DNA of 64,000 bases from an uncultured Candidatus Binatia bacterium (GCA_965218425.1 OZ244621.1:3392001-3456000), one strand, 5' to 3'. Positions 1 to 10,646 are shown, numbered from the stretch's first letter. Program-made: numbers and translations. Notes: generated from the letters alone by a model not told the origin.

Positions 1-774
1 GACCTTTTGTCCTTTTACAACGTGGATTTTCGATAGGTGTCCGTACAGGGTAGTTAGACCCTGCCCATGGTCCAGGACGATGTATTTGCCGTTGCCGTTG
101 CCGTTGCCGGCAAATTTCACTGTGGCATCCCCGGGGGCATGAACGGGAGTCCCCTTCCAATTTGCGATGTCCAGGCCGCTATGAAATTCCCTTTTTCCCG
201 TCCAGGGAGACCGGCGGTTTCCGAAAGCAGAGCTCAGCCATCCCTTGGTGGGCCATTGTGAAGGGATGGAGGCGATAAGACCCTCCAGTTCTCCCTGGAG
301 CGATCCGAGACTTGCTCCTAGATCGTCCACTACGTGCGCACCCGAAAGGGAAGCCCTACGTTTGCGTGGCAGGGAGGCCCGGATTTTACCCCGCAACCCT
401 TTCCAGTTGGCGAGAAGCTGCTGGCTGACTTTGATTCGTTCCTGCAAGGTCAGCAGTCTTTGCCGTTGCGTTTGGATGTGATTCCTCAAGGTGAGCACCT
501 GCTCACTATGCTCGGCCATGAGAGTTGTTAGCTTACTAGCATGGTGGGTTTTAAGGGATTTGACCTCTTGGGTCAGTTGAACTCTGAGGTTACTTTCTTT
601 TCTTTTTTGGATTTTTGTCCAAAGGTAGTCGCCTAGGAACCACGTGCTGAGGCCCGCGACGGCGATCCCAGTGTACAAAATGGTTCGAACGACGTTGCTG
701 GAAATCCCAAGGCGTTTAATTTGCGTTCCGTGTTGTGGAAGGATGAGTACCGAGTAGCTTTTGTTCAATTCCAT
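1..774 (-). CDS. M23 family metallopeptidase with N-terminal TM helix and coiled coil (3' end outside window)
   Basis: Not in the ORF track. Manual translation from ATG at 774 gives MELNKSYSVLILP, a TM segment, a coiled coil, then IPSQWPTKGWLSSAFGNRRSPWTGKREFHSGLDIA...YIVLDHGQGLTTLYGHLSKIHV. The HxxxD and YGHL M23 motifs are present. Confidence 0.9.
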   Translation of the reverse strand, partial: MELNKSYSVLILPQHGTQIKRLGISSNVVRTILYTGIAVAGLSTWFLGDYLWTKIQKRKESNLRVQLTQEVKSLKTHHASKLTTLMAEHSEQVLTLRNHIQTQRQRLLTLQERIKVSQQLLANWKGLRGKIRASLPRKRRASLSGAHVVDDLGASLGSLQGELEGLIASIPSQWPTKGWLSSAFGNRRSPWTGKREFHSGLDIANWKGTPVHAPGDATVKFAGNGNGNGKYIVLDHGQGLTTLYGHLSKIHVVKGQKV

Positions 775-925
775 GTGCGTTACCGTGATGAATTATGGTC
801 TTTCATTGACGGCCTTCAAGCTCACACCCCTGATCGAGCACGGGAACCACGGGTTGGTCAGGAGTGAAATTATTCCCTTTCCAGCGCCACATGAGATCTG
901 CTGCTTACCTTAAGATACGCTTCCG

Positions 926-1354
926 CTACGCTGGTTTCCTGGCGCCCTGTGGAGATTCCACCAGTGCAGGCCCAGCGGGACGACGTTCAGCTACGACCTC
1001 ACCTGCGCGCCGCATCTTGGAGACGTTCCCGTTAAAGAATCCTCCCTTGGAAATGATGAGGGAGTCGGTTTCTATGTTGCCTGAAACGCGGCCTGTTGCG
1101 GTGATTTCGACATTGCCGGTAGCCACCATGTTGCCTTCGTACCGTCCCATGATGACGGCCTCGGCGGTGTTCACATCGGCTCGAACTACCCCTTTTCCGG
1201 CAATCACCAGCCTTCCCTCCACGTTCATTTCCCCCGCCACCTCGCACTCGATCTGGATAGAATCCCTTATGTTGAACTTTCCCTCGATGCGTGCGGATTC
1301 ACCTAGTACCGTCAGCAGTGGACCTGCGCCACCACCGTTTTGTTTCCGCAACAT
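926..1354 (-). CDS. Bactofilin (polymer-forming cytoskeletal protein, CcmA/BacA family)
   Basis: TVLGESARIEGKF...VIAGKGVVRADVNTAEAVIMGRYEGNMVATGNVEITATGRVSGNIETDSLIISKGGFFNGNV beta-helix repeats; GAGGAGG RBS. Confidence 0.92.
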   Translation of the reverse strand: MLRKQNGGGAGPLLTVLGESARIEGKFNIRDSIQIECEVAGEMNVEGRLVIAGKGVVRADVNTAEAVIMGRYEGNMVATGNVEITATGRVSGNIETDSLIISKGGFFNGNVSKMRRAGEVVAERRPAGPALVESPQGARKPA

Positions 1355-1846
1355 ATAAAACCTCCTCTTTCGTGAGCATGATAATAACTAAAAATATTTA
1401 GCATGTGGAAAATAATTTGAAACAAGGGGCGCATACTATCTCGACTTTTTAATGCTTGTCAATATGTAAGTTTGTTGTTTGAAAAAACAATTGGGTCATG
1501 AATTCGGCCAACTATATAAGGAATAATTGCCGTATTGCAAGAGGTCAGTTTTATCGTGGTGAGCCAGCCCTTCGAAGAGCGAGGGGAAGGATCCCCAGTG
1601 AGTCTGAAAGGGTCTGTGAAAGTGTCCGGAGAGGACTCCGGGAGCGCCGTCCAATGGCCGAACTGACAGCGGTCCGTCGTATTGGGCTTGCTATTAGGGG
1701 GGGCTCAATCCCGGGGGGTGTTTCTTTAGGCGTGGATGTGACGGTCCAAATTATCCTTAGCATTATAGATGTGAAGATGTTGTCCGGCTGAGGTCTTCCC
1801 CCCGTGGAAAGAGAGGTGGACGATAGGGGTCTTCGGATGGTTGGTC

Positions 1847-2092
1847 TTATTCACCACCATCCCCGAAGTGGTCTCTTAAAATACGGTCCTTGATATATTC
1901 CAATGCTCCAAGATCCTGGAGGATGTCCCCGCCGGTGTCGTAGAAGAAAACGTCTCCCTTGCGATTGCGGCCAATGGCCACCAGCCAATCCAGCTGATCC
2001 CTGTCTTCCAGCAGGTAGTTAATGGCCTGGCTAGCCCCCTTGCTGGAGATGATGGTCACCTTGGGAGATTTTCTCTTTTTGGGCTGATTCAT
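1847..2092 (-). CDS. Hypothetical protein (81 aa)
   Basis: AGGAGG RBS upstream and protein-like composition; no family recognised. Confidence 0.6.
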   Translation of the reverse strand: MNQPKKRKSPKVTIISSKGASQAINYLLEDRDQLDWLVAIGRNRKGDVFFYDTGGDILQDLGALEYIKDRILRDHFGDGGE

Positions 2093-2220
2093 CTTGGACC
2101 CTCCTGATTAAGAATAGTCTATAACAAAATGCGGCAATCGCTCAACCCTAGGGGCCCTGGTGAACTTCAGGGAACTTTTCGAGCCAACCCTGCCCGCCAT
2201 TAGACCCACTACGGAGTTAG

Positions 2221-2510
2221 CGGCTGCGGCTTATCAGCGAGTTCACCAACGAGCAGCGCCGGGCCACGCGCCTGGCATTGACGGACGGCATAGAGCGCGG
2301 CCTCAATCCGATTGACCAGGCGCGGAACTTCCGTTCCTCCGTCGGTTTGACAGCGAGACAGCAAGCGGCGGTACAGAACTACCGGCTGCTGGGACAGGGA
2401 TCCTCGGAAGCGCTGGGGTGGGAGCTTCGGGACCGGCGGTTCGATCCCACCGTGCGCTGCGCTATTCGGTCGGGCGAGCCGCTCAGCCAAGCCCAGATAA
2501 ACCGCATGAA
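2221..2510 (+). pseudogene. Fragment of phage minor head/head morphogenesis protein (SPP1 gp7/Mu gpF-like)
   Basis: RLRLISEFTNEQRRATRLALTDGIERGLNPIDQARNFRSSVGLTARQQAAVQNYR...LRDRRFDPTVRCAIRSGEPLSQAQINRM; no proper start; similarity ends abruptly. Confidence 0.55.
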
Positions 2511-2795
2511 GGGTGAAGTTGTCGATAACGTGGATCGACGACGGACTGTTGACCATATAATGCAACTAGCAAGAAAAGGCGAGTTTAAAGTCATTGCGTC
2601 TTCATCTGTTGGTCTCCATCGCCGTCCTTGGCATTCTGGCAGCGGTATCAATTATGGCGTATAACAGCTGTCTAGAACGGCGATCCTGCAAGCTGCATGC
2701 CCCTGAATTGCCTAGCTAATTCTGCCAACTACAATTTGTCTCACCGGCTTTAATCTGTGTGGATTGAATTCAGAACCTAATCCCGAGGGGTCGTC

Positions 2796-4046
2796 CTAGG
2801 TTGCCGCTCCGGGCTCTGGGGCGACGGGCCTTGGGACATCGGCCTGGCGGCTTTCCGTGTACTGTCGAAGCTCCGGAGTCCGATGGAAAAGAAACGAGGC
2901 GTAAGATAGCACGATGATAACGCCCGTGGTGAGTGCCATGGGGGCGCCGATAAAAGTCGCAAGAGACCCAGCCTGAATCCCGCTCAAGGGGCCCAGGCCC
3001 CGATGCACCATCATGTTCATGGCCATCACGCGGCCTCGCATTTTCTCCTCGGCAGACAACTGAAGCATGGTATTGCGCAGTGTTCCTCCCACCACGTCGA
3101 TCAAGCCCACCAGCATCAACGCGCCCATGGAAAAAGCCATCCACGGTGAAAGGGCGAAGCAGGCCACAATCATGGGTTGGAGAAAGGCAGTTACCATGAA
3201 GACCGGCCCCTTCTTCTTAACGTCGCCAATCAACATGAGGACCCCGGTGGCGAGAAAGGCTCCCACACCGGGGGAGGCATAGAGAAAGCCAAGACCCGTG
3301 GGGCCCACCTGGAGCACGTTACGTGCAAACACGGGCATTAGCTCCTGGTAAGATCCAAAAAACGTGTGCACGGCTTCAAGGGTCAGAATACCAAAGATGA
3401 CGGGATGTCGCTGCATAACCTTAAGCCCATCGATAATAGAGCGGGCCATGGAGGTGGTCTTGCGTTCCAACTCTGAGGGGGGTGTGCGCATCAAGATGAC
3501 AGAGAGCAGCACCATGGAATGGAATAGGGCGTAGGTGAAGAAGGCGCCGGAGATACCGACGGTACTTATGGCAAATCCGCCAATGAGTGGTCCAACCAGA
3601 GCCGTCACCCGCCGGAGGATAGAGGTGAGAGCAATGGCCCGCATGAGGTCTTCTCTAGGCACCAGGGACGGTATCAGAGCGTGTCGGGCGGGAGCGTCAA
3701 AGGCGGCTACCGTCCAGCTCACGAAGCTCAGGGCGTATATGTGCCACACCCTGATAACCTCCAGCTCGGTTAGTATGCCGGGAATAAACGCGAGCAGAGT
3801 GGCAAGACTCTGGGAAAGAATCAATAGCCGGCGCCGGTCCATGCGATCCGCCAGGGCGCCGCCGTATAATGACATAATGAGAAAGGGTACAGACATAAAA
3901 ACGCCGTTGAGCCCTAACATGAATGGCGAATTGGTCAGTTCAAGGATGAGCCAGCCGCTGGTGAGTTGGTGAATCCATGAGCCCATGGCGCCAAAAAGCC
4001 AGCCACCCCATAGCAAGCGGAAATCGCGATATTTTAAAGGTCCCAC
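2796..4046 (-). CDS. MFS transporter (EntS/DUF894-like)
   Basis: PLKYRDFRLLW, motif A GALADRMDRRRLL, MRGRVM, about 12 hydrophobic segments. Confidence 0.92.
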   Translation of the reverse strand: MGPLKYRDFRLLWGGWLFGAMGSWIHQLTSGWLILELTNSPFMLGLNGVFMSVPFLIMSLYGGALADRMDRRRLLILSQSLATLLAFIPGILTELEVIRVWHIYALSFVSWTVAAFDAPARHALIPSLVPREDLMRAIALTSILRRVTALVGPLIGGFAISTVGISGAFFTYALFHSMVLLSVILMRTPPSELERKTTSMARSIIDGLKVMQRHPVIFGILTLEAVHTFFGSYQELMPVFARNVLQVGPTGLGFLYASPGVGAFLATGVLMLIGDVKKKGPVFMVTAFLQPMIVACFALSPWMAFSMGALMLVGLIDVVGGTLRNTMLQLSAEEKMRGRVMAMNMMVHRGLGPLSGIQAGSLATFIGAPMALTTGVIIVLSYASFLFHRTPELRQYTESRQADVPRPVAPEPGAAT

Positions 4047-4493
4047 GAATTTAATCAGCGAACGCTAGAGCCTGTTCATCCGGCCCTTCGAGAGTGCCCC
4101 TGCCTTGGACTCAATCGAACCTCGGCAGAGATCAATTTTGGCGTACCCTCAGGTCGGATTCGTTAGTACGACGAGTGGAGTCTCGGAATTTGAAAAATTA
4201 GAAGGTGGGCCATCAGACTGAGGTTGCGCCCGTTCTAATCTTCTGCCAAGACCAAATGTTAGCTAGAGTTGTACACCACTCATGGCAAGTGAATCAAACG
4301 TTTATTCCCCCTACAAGGGAGGCCGCTGAAAGGCCTGCCAGCCCTCCCCCACCACGGCCTTTTGTGATTGAACTGTCTTTAGCTTATGGGGACCGATGGT
4401 ATTTACAATTTCGACATAGTTATAAAGCCTTTTACCTATCCACCGCTCTAATAAAGACTTCATCGGGATATTAGCTTGGGAGAGTGAAAGGGG

Positions 4494-4990
4494 CTAGGCG
4501 ACGGTGGCCTGATCGCAAATGAGTTGTTGAACACAGTGGAGTGCACTGTTGACCTCAAAGGAGTGGCGATCAGGGTTTTCCTCAAAGGATTGTTGTTCCT
4601 CTTCGATCATGGCAATGTCGTGACGCGCGAGGTTGCTTAGCAATGGTTTCACGACGCTGGTCAGAGTTCTTTTGATGTTCTTCGAACCCCTAGCGGGATA
4701 CCATGCAATACGGTGAACTTTCCCAGTGAAGCGTAGTGGATCAGATAGGCTACCGTATATCGCCCGTTTACCGGGCAGATGAGGCAATAGAGCTTGAAGC
4801 ATGAAAACCTGGCCACCGAAGAGATGTGATTCAAATCTTCCCATTCCTGCATGTGCATGGGTTTCGTTTCGGAAGCCAAGCCCGGATCTCCAGGGAAGAT
4901 CCAAACGAAGCCGCCTTGTTCGAGTAGAGGAAAGCTTTTCACCCGGCAATGGGACAACCCTAGGGATAATTTTGCTGGCTAAATCGTCCG
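4494..4990 (-). pseudogene. Degraded Rieske non-heme iron oxygenase (VanA/PAO-like) remnant
   Basis: CRVKSFPLLEQGGFVWIFPGD in one frame and DIAMIEEEQQSFEENPDRHSFEVN in another; Rieske Cys/His ligands absent. Confidence 0.65.
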
Positions 4991-5170
4991 CCTACCTTGT
5001 GTTGCCTCTAACAAGTTGGCACCTTGAGGTACCCGTGAAGTCAATGGCCTTGAATGAATCAGGGGCAGGGTGTCGGGGGTGCTGGAATGACCATTAAACG
5101 GTCGCGAATTGAACCGTTTTAGTGAGTTGACGGTGGCAGGGTTTTTCGATCCTATCCAATATTTTGCCGT

Positions 5171-6280
5171 TCAGGCCGAGCCGTTGGACTTGGTGAGACC
5201 GTACAACTTGCTCGGGTTGTGCGAGAGGATGCGTTCCTTGTCCTCCTGGCTGGTCCCCTCCTGTTTCTGGAATTCCATAATGGCGTCCATCTCGCTGGAG
5301 GGGTCGGTGTGCCCGTAGTCAGTGCCAATGACGAGACAGTGGTCCCCTGAATAACGTAAGATGTAGGGAATATCGTCATTGGTTTGACAGGTCACGAATA
5401 TATTGCACGCGCCAAAGATGTCTTCCGGCAGCTTGCGGCCCGATGTCTTGGTCCTAAGGATTGCTTCCTTATAGATCCACGGCACCCACTGGGCCGATGC
5501 CTCGATAAACCCCCAGCGCAGAGCGGGAAATACTTTGGGGATCTCGCTCAACAGCACATCCAGGCAGGAAGTCACAGTGGGTTGCCGAAATGTTGCGAAG
5601 CGACTGACCGGTGGATACCGGTAAAGATCACAGTTTGCCGGATTGCCGTTGGCTATGTGGACGGCAATGGCCAGATCCAGGTTGGCTGCGGTTTCGTATA
5701 GAGGATAGTAGTAGGAGTCCGTCAAATGACGGTTTCCCTCCAGTGGCCGCAGACACGCCGCCACGGCACCGTTTTCCTTTGCGGTCTTGACCTCGGCGAT
5801 GGCCTCGTCCATGGCCAAGGCCGGCGTAATGCAGGACCAGCGGAGCCGGTTTTTGCCCTTACGCCAAACGTCTCCCATCCATCGGTTCCAGCTGCGGCAC
5901 AGGGCCGCCTCCACTTCCGGGCGATCCGATACTTGTTCGATCCAGAATGTATTGTGCATCACCTGGACATCAATCCCCAGGTCATCCATGTGTCGCAGGC
6001 GAAGGTCGACGTCGTCCAGTTCCCGTGCCGCCTGAGGCGTTTGCATGTCGCGGCCGGACACATCAGAGATCTGCCGAAGTTGCTGTTCGGTGAGGGTGCG
6101 GAAGCGAAAGCCGCGAATCTTGCCGTCCACAACCCAGTATTGTTGAATGGGCTCCTCGGGACAGGAGTATAAAAGGGGTCTGTACTTTTGTTCTGAGGGC
6201 TCAAGGAAATCCCAGGTTTGCTCCGTCTCGATAACGTGAGCATCTGCGTCAACAACATGCAGTCCATTTGTTAGCGGCAT
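5171..6280 (-). CDS. Amidohydrolase family 2 protein
   Basis: VVDADAHVIE, RLRHMDDLGIDVQV, AVH, FIEASAQW, GTDYGHTD, ILSHNP. Confidence 0.9.
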   Translation of the reverse strand: MPLTNGLHVVDADAHVIETEQTWDFLEPSEQKYRPLLYSCPEEPIQQYWVVDGKIRGFRFRTLTEQQLRQISDVSGRDMQTPQAARELDDVDLRLRHMDDLGIDVQVMHNTFWIEQVSDRPEVEAALCRSWNRWMGDVWRKGKNRLRWSCITPALAMDEAIAEVKTAKENGAVAACLRPLEGNRHLTDSYYYPLYETAANLDLAIAVHIANGNPANCDLYRYPPVSRFATFRQPTVTSCLDVLLSEIPKVFPALRWGFIEASAQWVPWIYKEAILRTKTSGRKLPEDIFGACNIFVTCQTNDDIPYILRYSGDHCLVIGTDYGHTDPSSEMDAIMEFQKQEGTSQEDKERILSHNPSKLYGLTKSNGSA

Positions 6281-6466
6281 TGTAGCTGCCTCCCCGAGTG
6301 GAATCGCGGTTATCTTCGCTGAAACCGTAGCTTAATTAACCTGGCATGTCAATGGTAGCATTGACTCGTTGAACCTACGATCATATGGAATCGTCAATCC
6401 ATCTGTGATAGAAACAGCGCTGTTTAGCTTGGAGATTGGAGCCGCCATAGAAGAGGAGAACATGCC

Positions 6467-7105
6467 ATGAAACTCTACGGTTTTACCCGATCCCCGTACA
6501 CGCGCAAGGTTCGCATTTTGCTCGGCGAGAAGCAAATACCCTATGATTGGATCGAGTATCAGCAACGCCATAAGGATCCGCACTATGGGGTGATGAACCC
6601 ATACAAAACGGTGCCGATACTCGAACTGGACTCCGGGACTTTTCTCTACGAGTCCACGGTGATCAATGAATATCTGGAAGACGCTTATCCGGAACCGTCA
6701 CTTCGCTTGCGGGATCCCGAGCAGAGCGCGTTGGTGCGTCTGTGGGAGGACTTTGCTGACTGCCATCTCGCATACACCCTCCTGGGGGTGGTTCGAGACC
6801 GGTTCCAGTTCACACCAGAGGGTCCTAAACCACGAGACCCGGCCAGCGTGGATCCGGCCGAAGCGCGGGAACACCGCTCGGCTCTCGAAGTGGAACTCGA
6901 TCGACTGGAAAAGCGCCTGCAAAGGCGTGACTATGTGGCCGGCCCGGGACGTGGGATTTTTACCATCGCGGACATAGCGCTGGTGCCGCCGCTTCTTGGC
7001 ACTACTGCGAGACTTGATTTCAGTGTCACCGAGAAGCGGACCAATCTGCAATCCTGGATCGAACGTGTGCAGGGCCGGGCGTCGGTTCGGGAAATCATGC
7101 AATAG
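6467..7105 (+). CDS. Glutathione S-transferase family protein
   Basis: SPYTRKVRI, NPYKTVP, LYESTVINEYLE, FTIADIAL; GAGGAG RBS. Confidence 0.93.
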   Translation: MKLYGFTRSPYTRKVRILLGEKQIPYDWIEYQQRHKDPHYGVMNPYKTVPILELDSGTFLYESTVINEYLEDAYPEPSLRLRDPEQSALVRLWEDFADCHLAYTLLGVVRDRFQFTPEGPKPRDPASVDPAEAREHRSALEVELDRLEKRLQRRDYVAGPGRGIFTIADIALVPPLLGTTARLDFSVTEKRTNLQSWIERVQGRASVREIMQ

Positions 7106-7221
7106 GACTCCATAAAAGTGCGCAAGCGGTAAAGAGGATCAGCCCACACCAACTTGACAATCCTTGTTCGTTGCTGGTATCCGATGTCCAGAACACTCTA
7201 GGTTAAATTTTTTTCAAGGAG

Positions 7222-9018
7222 ATGGATCCTATGGCAAAGCCGGCCAGGAGTGAATCCAGAGCTATCAAGAAATCCGATCGGCGATGGCAATCCGATGTCA
7301 TCGTAGACATGATCAAGCGTTACGGTTTCGAATACATAGCGTTGAACCCGGGTGCCAGCTATCGCGGATTGCACGATTCGCTGGTCAACTACGGGGAGAA
7401 CGATCCGCAAATGCTTCTCTGTCAGCACGAGAAGATTGCGGTACAGATCGCACATGGATACGCCCGTGCAACGGGTAAGCCCATGATCGCCATTGTTCAT
7501 GATCTCGTGGGTCTTTTACATGCGCCCATGGGCATTTATTACGCCTTTCTGGATCGTGCCCCGGTTTTTATCATCGGCGCCACGGGACCCATGGCTGAGC
7601 TCAAGCGTCGTCCGTTCATCGATTGGATTCACACGGCAAATGTTCAGGGCGAAGCAATACGTAATTTCGTCAAGTGGGACTACCAGCCAACCACAGTGGA
7701 CGGTGTGCCCGGAGCGTTCGCACGGGCCTACTCGGTCATGATGAGTGCCCGCCAGGGACCCATTTATATGTGTTACGATGCAGGCCTCCAGGAGTCGGAG
7801 CTGGACCACGACGTGGAGATGCCCCCTGAAGGTGCCGCTTTTACCCCCGCGCCGGTGAGTGCGGATCCAGCAGCATTGGAAAAAGCCGCTGACACATTGA
7901 CCTCTTCCAAGAGGCCCGTGATCATTGCTGATTTTGCCGCGCGGCAGCCCTATGGTTGGAATCACGTTATTGAATTGGCGGAAACACTCGGGGCATCCGT
8001 GTGGGATATGAACTCCAGGCTCAATTTTCCCAGCGATCATCCGCTCAACCTCAGCATGGATCACGAAGGCTGCTACAAGGATGCCGATGCCGTCTTGACC
8101 CTGGACATCGCCGACTTCGAGCGACCCACCCATGTGCGCGACATCTCAACCCGGACTGTGGTCAGCAAAGTGCCGGCCGATGCCACCTGGATCGATATCG
8201 GCTTCACGAATATCGAGATCAGCAAGTGGTCCATGGATTACGGTCGGCCCTACTATGCGCACCAACGCATGACTGCAGATGTGGTTACGGCTGCACCTCA
8301 GCTGACCCAACTCCTGAAGGCGCGCATCGCCAAGACTCCAGGGCTGGCCGAGCGGATCGCCAAGAGGTCGAAAGAAATCGGCAGGCGCCACAATGAGATG
8401 CGGGCCAAGTGGCGCAAGGACGCGGAAAAGGATTGGGACGCGAAGCCAATGACCACCTATCGCCTGGCCCTAGAGGTGTGGGACGTCATCAAAGACGAGG
8501 ACTGGGTGCTAACCGCAGGTGGTTTGGCTGATGCCGCGCGGAAACTGTGGAATTTTGACCGGCCCTATTGCCACGGTGGTCGTGAGCTCGGCACGGGCAC
8601 TCAAATTGGCACCTCCTTGGGGGTGGCCCTTGCCAACAAGGGGACCGGGCGGCTGGTGGTGGATTTACAGCCGGATGGGGACCTGATGTTCGATGCGGGA
8701 GCTCTATGGGTCGCGGCGAAGTACGAGATACCCATGCTCATCGTGATGTTTAACAATCGCGCCTACTACAACGACTGGAACCACCAGATCGTCATGGCCA
8801 GGGTCCGCGGGACAGACCCGGCACGAGCCCATATTGGTATGGATCTCTACGGACCCGATCCGGATTTCGCAGGACTGGCTCGTTCCATGGGCTGGCATGG
8901 CGAGGGACCTTTTGAAAATGGCGATGAACTGAAACCGGCGTTGAAGCGCGCCATTGAGCAGGTCAAAAAGGGAAAACCGGCTTTGGTGGACGCCATCACC
9001 CAGCGTAGAGAACACTAA
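7222..9018 (+). CDS. Thiamine diphosphate-dependent enzyme (acetolactate synthase/benzoylformate decarboxylase superfamily)
   Basis: NPGAS, catalytic Glu in HEKIAVQIAHGYA, ThDP motif PDGDLMF...NNRAY. Confidence 0.92.
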   Translation: MDPMAKPARSESRAIKKSDRRWQSDVIVDMIKRYGFEYIALNPGASYRGLHDSLVNYGENDPQMLLCQHEKIAVQIAHGYARATGKPMIAIVHDLVGLLHAPMGIYYAFLDRAPVFIIGATGPMAELKRRPFIDWIHTANVQGEAIRNFVKWDYQPTTVDGVPGAFARAYSVMMSARQGPIYMCYDAGLQESELDHDVEMPPEGAAFTPAPVSADPAALEKAADTLTSSKRPVIIADFAARQPYGWNHVIELAETLGASVWDMNSRLNFPSDHPLNLSMDHEGCYKDADAVLTLDIADFERPTHVRDISTRTVVSKVPADATWIDIGFTNIEISKWSMDYGRPYYAHQRMTADVVTAAPQLTQLLKARIAKTPGLAERIAKRSKEIGRRHNEMRAKWRKDAEKDWDAKPMTTYRLALEVWDVIKDEDWVLTAGGLADAARKLWNFDRPYCHGGRELGTGTQIGTSLGVALANKGTGRLVVDLQPDGDLMFDAGALWVAAKYEIPMLIVMFNNRAYYNDWNHQIVMARVRGTDPARAHIGMDLYGPDPDFAGLARSMGWHGEGPFENGDELKPALKRAIEQVKKGKPALVDAITQRREH

Positions 9019-9195
9019 TCCACTTAAAACGCACCCGGCGGCCTCTTGGATCGCGGGGACTCTCCTCAGTGACTATGATTTCCTCGGGTTTAGGTGTCCC
9101 GTGGAGATCTACGCCAGTGCATGAGTATTCTGACAAATCTACATGGGTTGCGATGCTTCTAGCATATCTCGAGTCAATGGGAAGAGTTCTTTAGA

Positions 9196-9526
9196 ATGGC
9201 TTTATCGTCCACCTTTGCGGAGCTTGTTTTAGACCAACTCACAACATCCGCAAGCATTGAACCGCGTAAGATGTTCGGTGGGTTAGGAATTTATGTGGAC
9301 GGTGTGTTTTGTGCCATTGTGAGTTCCACCAATCGATTTTACCTGCGTGTGGGGCCCAATAATCTCAAGGATTTTAAAGAGGCAGGTATGACACAATTCT
9401 CCGGTGGGGGAAATGCCGGGATGCCCTATTTATGAGGTCCCGGAGCACGTGTTGGAGGACCCGTCCATACTCAGCCGGTGGACGTTAAAAGCGCGGGATG
9501 AAGCCATCCGTGCCAGGAAGAAATAG
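9196..9526 (+). pseudogene. TfoX/Sxy N-terminal domain protein, frameshifted
   Basis: RKMFGGLGIYVDGVFCAIV...MPY. An extra T in ccctatttatg (~9430) shifts the frame; the shifted frame continues YEVPEHVLEDPSILSRWTLKARDEAIRARKK*. Confidence 0.8.
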
Positions 9527-9565
9527 TTTTTATCTGATACCATGATGGCAAAGGCTGGTTGAACG

Positions 9566-9754
9566 ATGTTCTCGAGTATTTTCTTATGGGCGTTGGCGTT
9601 GTTGCTGACCGTTGCGGGTCTCGCGGGCCTGATTCTCCCGATGCTTCCGGGATCACCGATAGTCTTCGCTGGTTTGTTGGCGGCGGCTTGGGCTGAGGAC
9701 TTTGCCTACGTGGGTTGGCGGACCTTAACCGCTCAATCCATCGCTGCGGCTTGA
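9566..9754 (+). pseudogene. N-terminal fragment of DUF456 membrane protein
   Basis: GLAGLILPMLPGSPIVFAGLLAAAWAEDFAYVGW; truncated at 62 aa. Confidence 0.6.
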
Positions 9755-9776
9755 CGAGAAAACAAAACCTACAAAT

Positions 9777-9911
9777 TGGCTGCTGTCCTTTGCAATGAAG
9801 TCTATTCCCGTTGGCACGGCCTATGCGGTTTGGACGGGGGTCGGCGGGGTGGGTGTAACGGTATTGGGGATGTGGATATTCGGTGAATCCAGAGACATAA
9901 GGTCCAAATAG
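9777..9911 (+). pseudogene. Internal fragment of SMR family (SugE/Gdx-like) transporter
   Basis: Manual translation [40 protein letters not shown] shows the SMR signature; no N-terminus. Confidence 0.8.
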
Positions 9912-9932
9912 TTAGCAAAAAGTTTTTAGAGA

Positions 9933-10262
9933 TTATTGCCCTGCCTTGAGGCGGTCTATTTCCGCTTGCTGGCGGCGTATTTCGGCTTGCGTTCTCTCTA
10001 TCTCCCGGCGCTGCTGCTCCTCCTCCTTCTGATTTTTCTGTTTTTCGTTGCCGACGAGAGCGCCGCCCACAAGGCCAACGGCCGCGCCAATGCCGGCCCC
10101 GGCCCCGGCATTACCCGAAAAACTTCCAATTGCGGCTCCCAACCCTGCGCCGGTCAGGGTTCCAACGGCGGCCCCTTTCTCCCTTGTGGAAAGCGGCTCG
10201 GAGCAGCCCAATGAACCCGCCACTGTAAAGAAAGCCAGAACTAGAGCTAAGCTCAATTTCAT
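9933..10262 (-). CDS. Glycine-zipper lipoprotein
   Basis: Lipobox-like SLGC, REKGAAVGTLTGAGLGAAIG...GAGIGAAVGLVGGALVG, C-terminal coiled coil. Confidence 0.85.
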   Translation of the reverse strand: MKLSLALVLAFFTVAGSLGCSEPLSTREKGAAVGTLTGAGLGAAIGSFSGNAGAGAGIGAAVGLVGGALVGNEKQKNQKEEEQQRREIERTQAEIRRQQAEIDRLKAGQ

Positions 10263-10298
10263 AACAACTCCCTTTCACTCCAAGTTTATTCTTTCAGC

Positions 10299-10565
10299 CT
10301 AAATGGTAGCACCGGCTGGCCTGAGGGCCAAAGCCAATCCAGCCTGTGTGCCCTTGTGTTTAACGAGGACATCGTTGCGGTTTTGCATGGTGACTCTGCC
10401 GCCGGCAGCGAGGACAACTCCAGCTTGAGCCGTCACATCGATGCCGGCAATGTCAGATACCTGCTTTAAATTATAGACGTTTCCAACCACACCGGCGCTG
10501 GATATGCTGAGATCCACCAGACTGAGACCCCTGAATAAAATATGGTCCTTATCCCCTTGACACAA
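10299..10565 (-). pseudogene. Fragment of DUF1134/EipA-like secreted protein
   Basis: FRGLSLVDLSISS...GNVYNLKQVSDIAG...AGGRVTMQN; N-terminus missing close to the IS end. Confidence 0.45.
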
Positions 10566-10646
10566 TTACAAGGGATTAATGAAAGGAATTTTAATCATGC
10601 CTTGTCGTCTAACATACTGACCTGCCCCCAGGAGTGGTACCACCCT

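Noticed and set aside
85..112. TTGCCG repeated four times
   Set aside because: It encodes AGNGNGNGK inside the M23 gene; too short for a contingency locus or array
1498..1840. Long intergenic stretch with short ORFs on both strands, possible ncRNA
   Set aside because: No recognisable riboswitch or protein motif; an Rfam search would be needed
4075..4125. CCCTTCGAGAG...TGCCTTGGACTCAATC resembling REP-like repeats
   Set aside because: Single degenerate copy with no clear palindrome in the window
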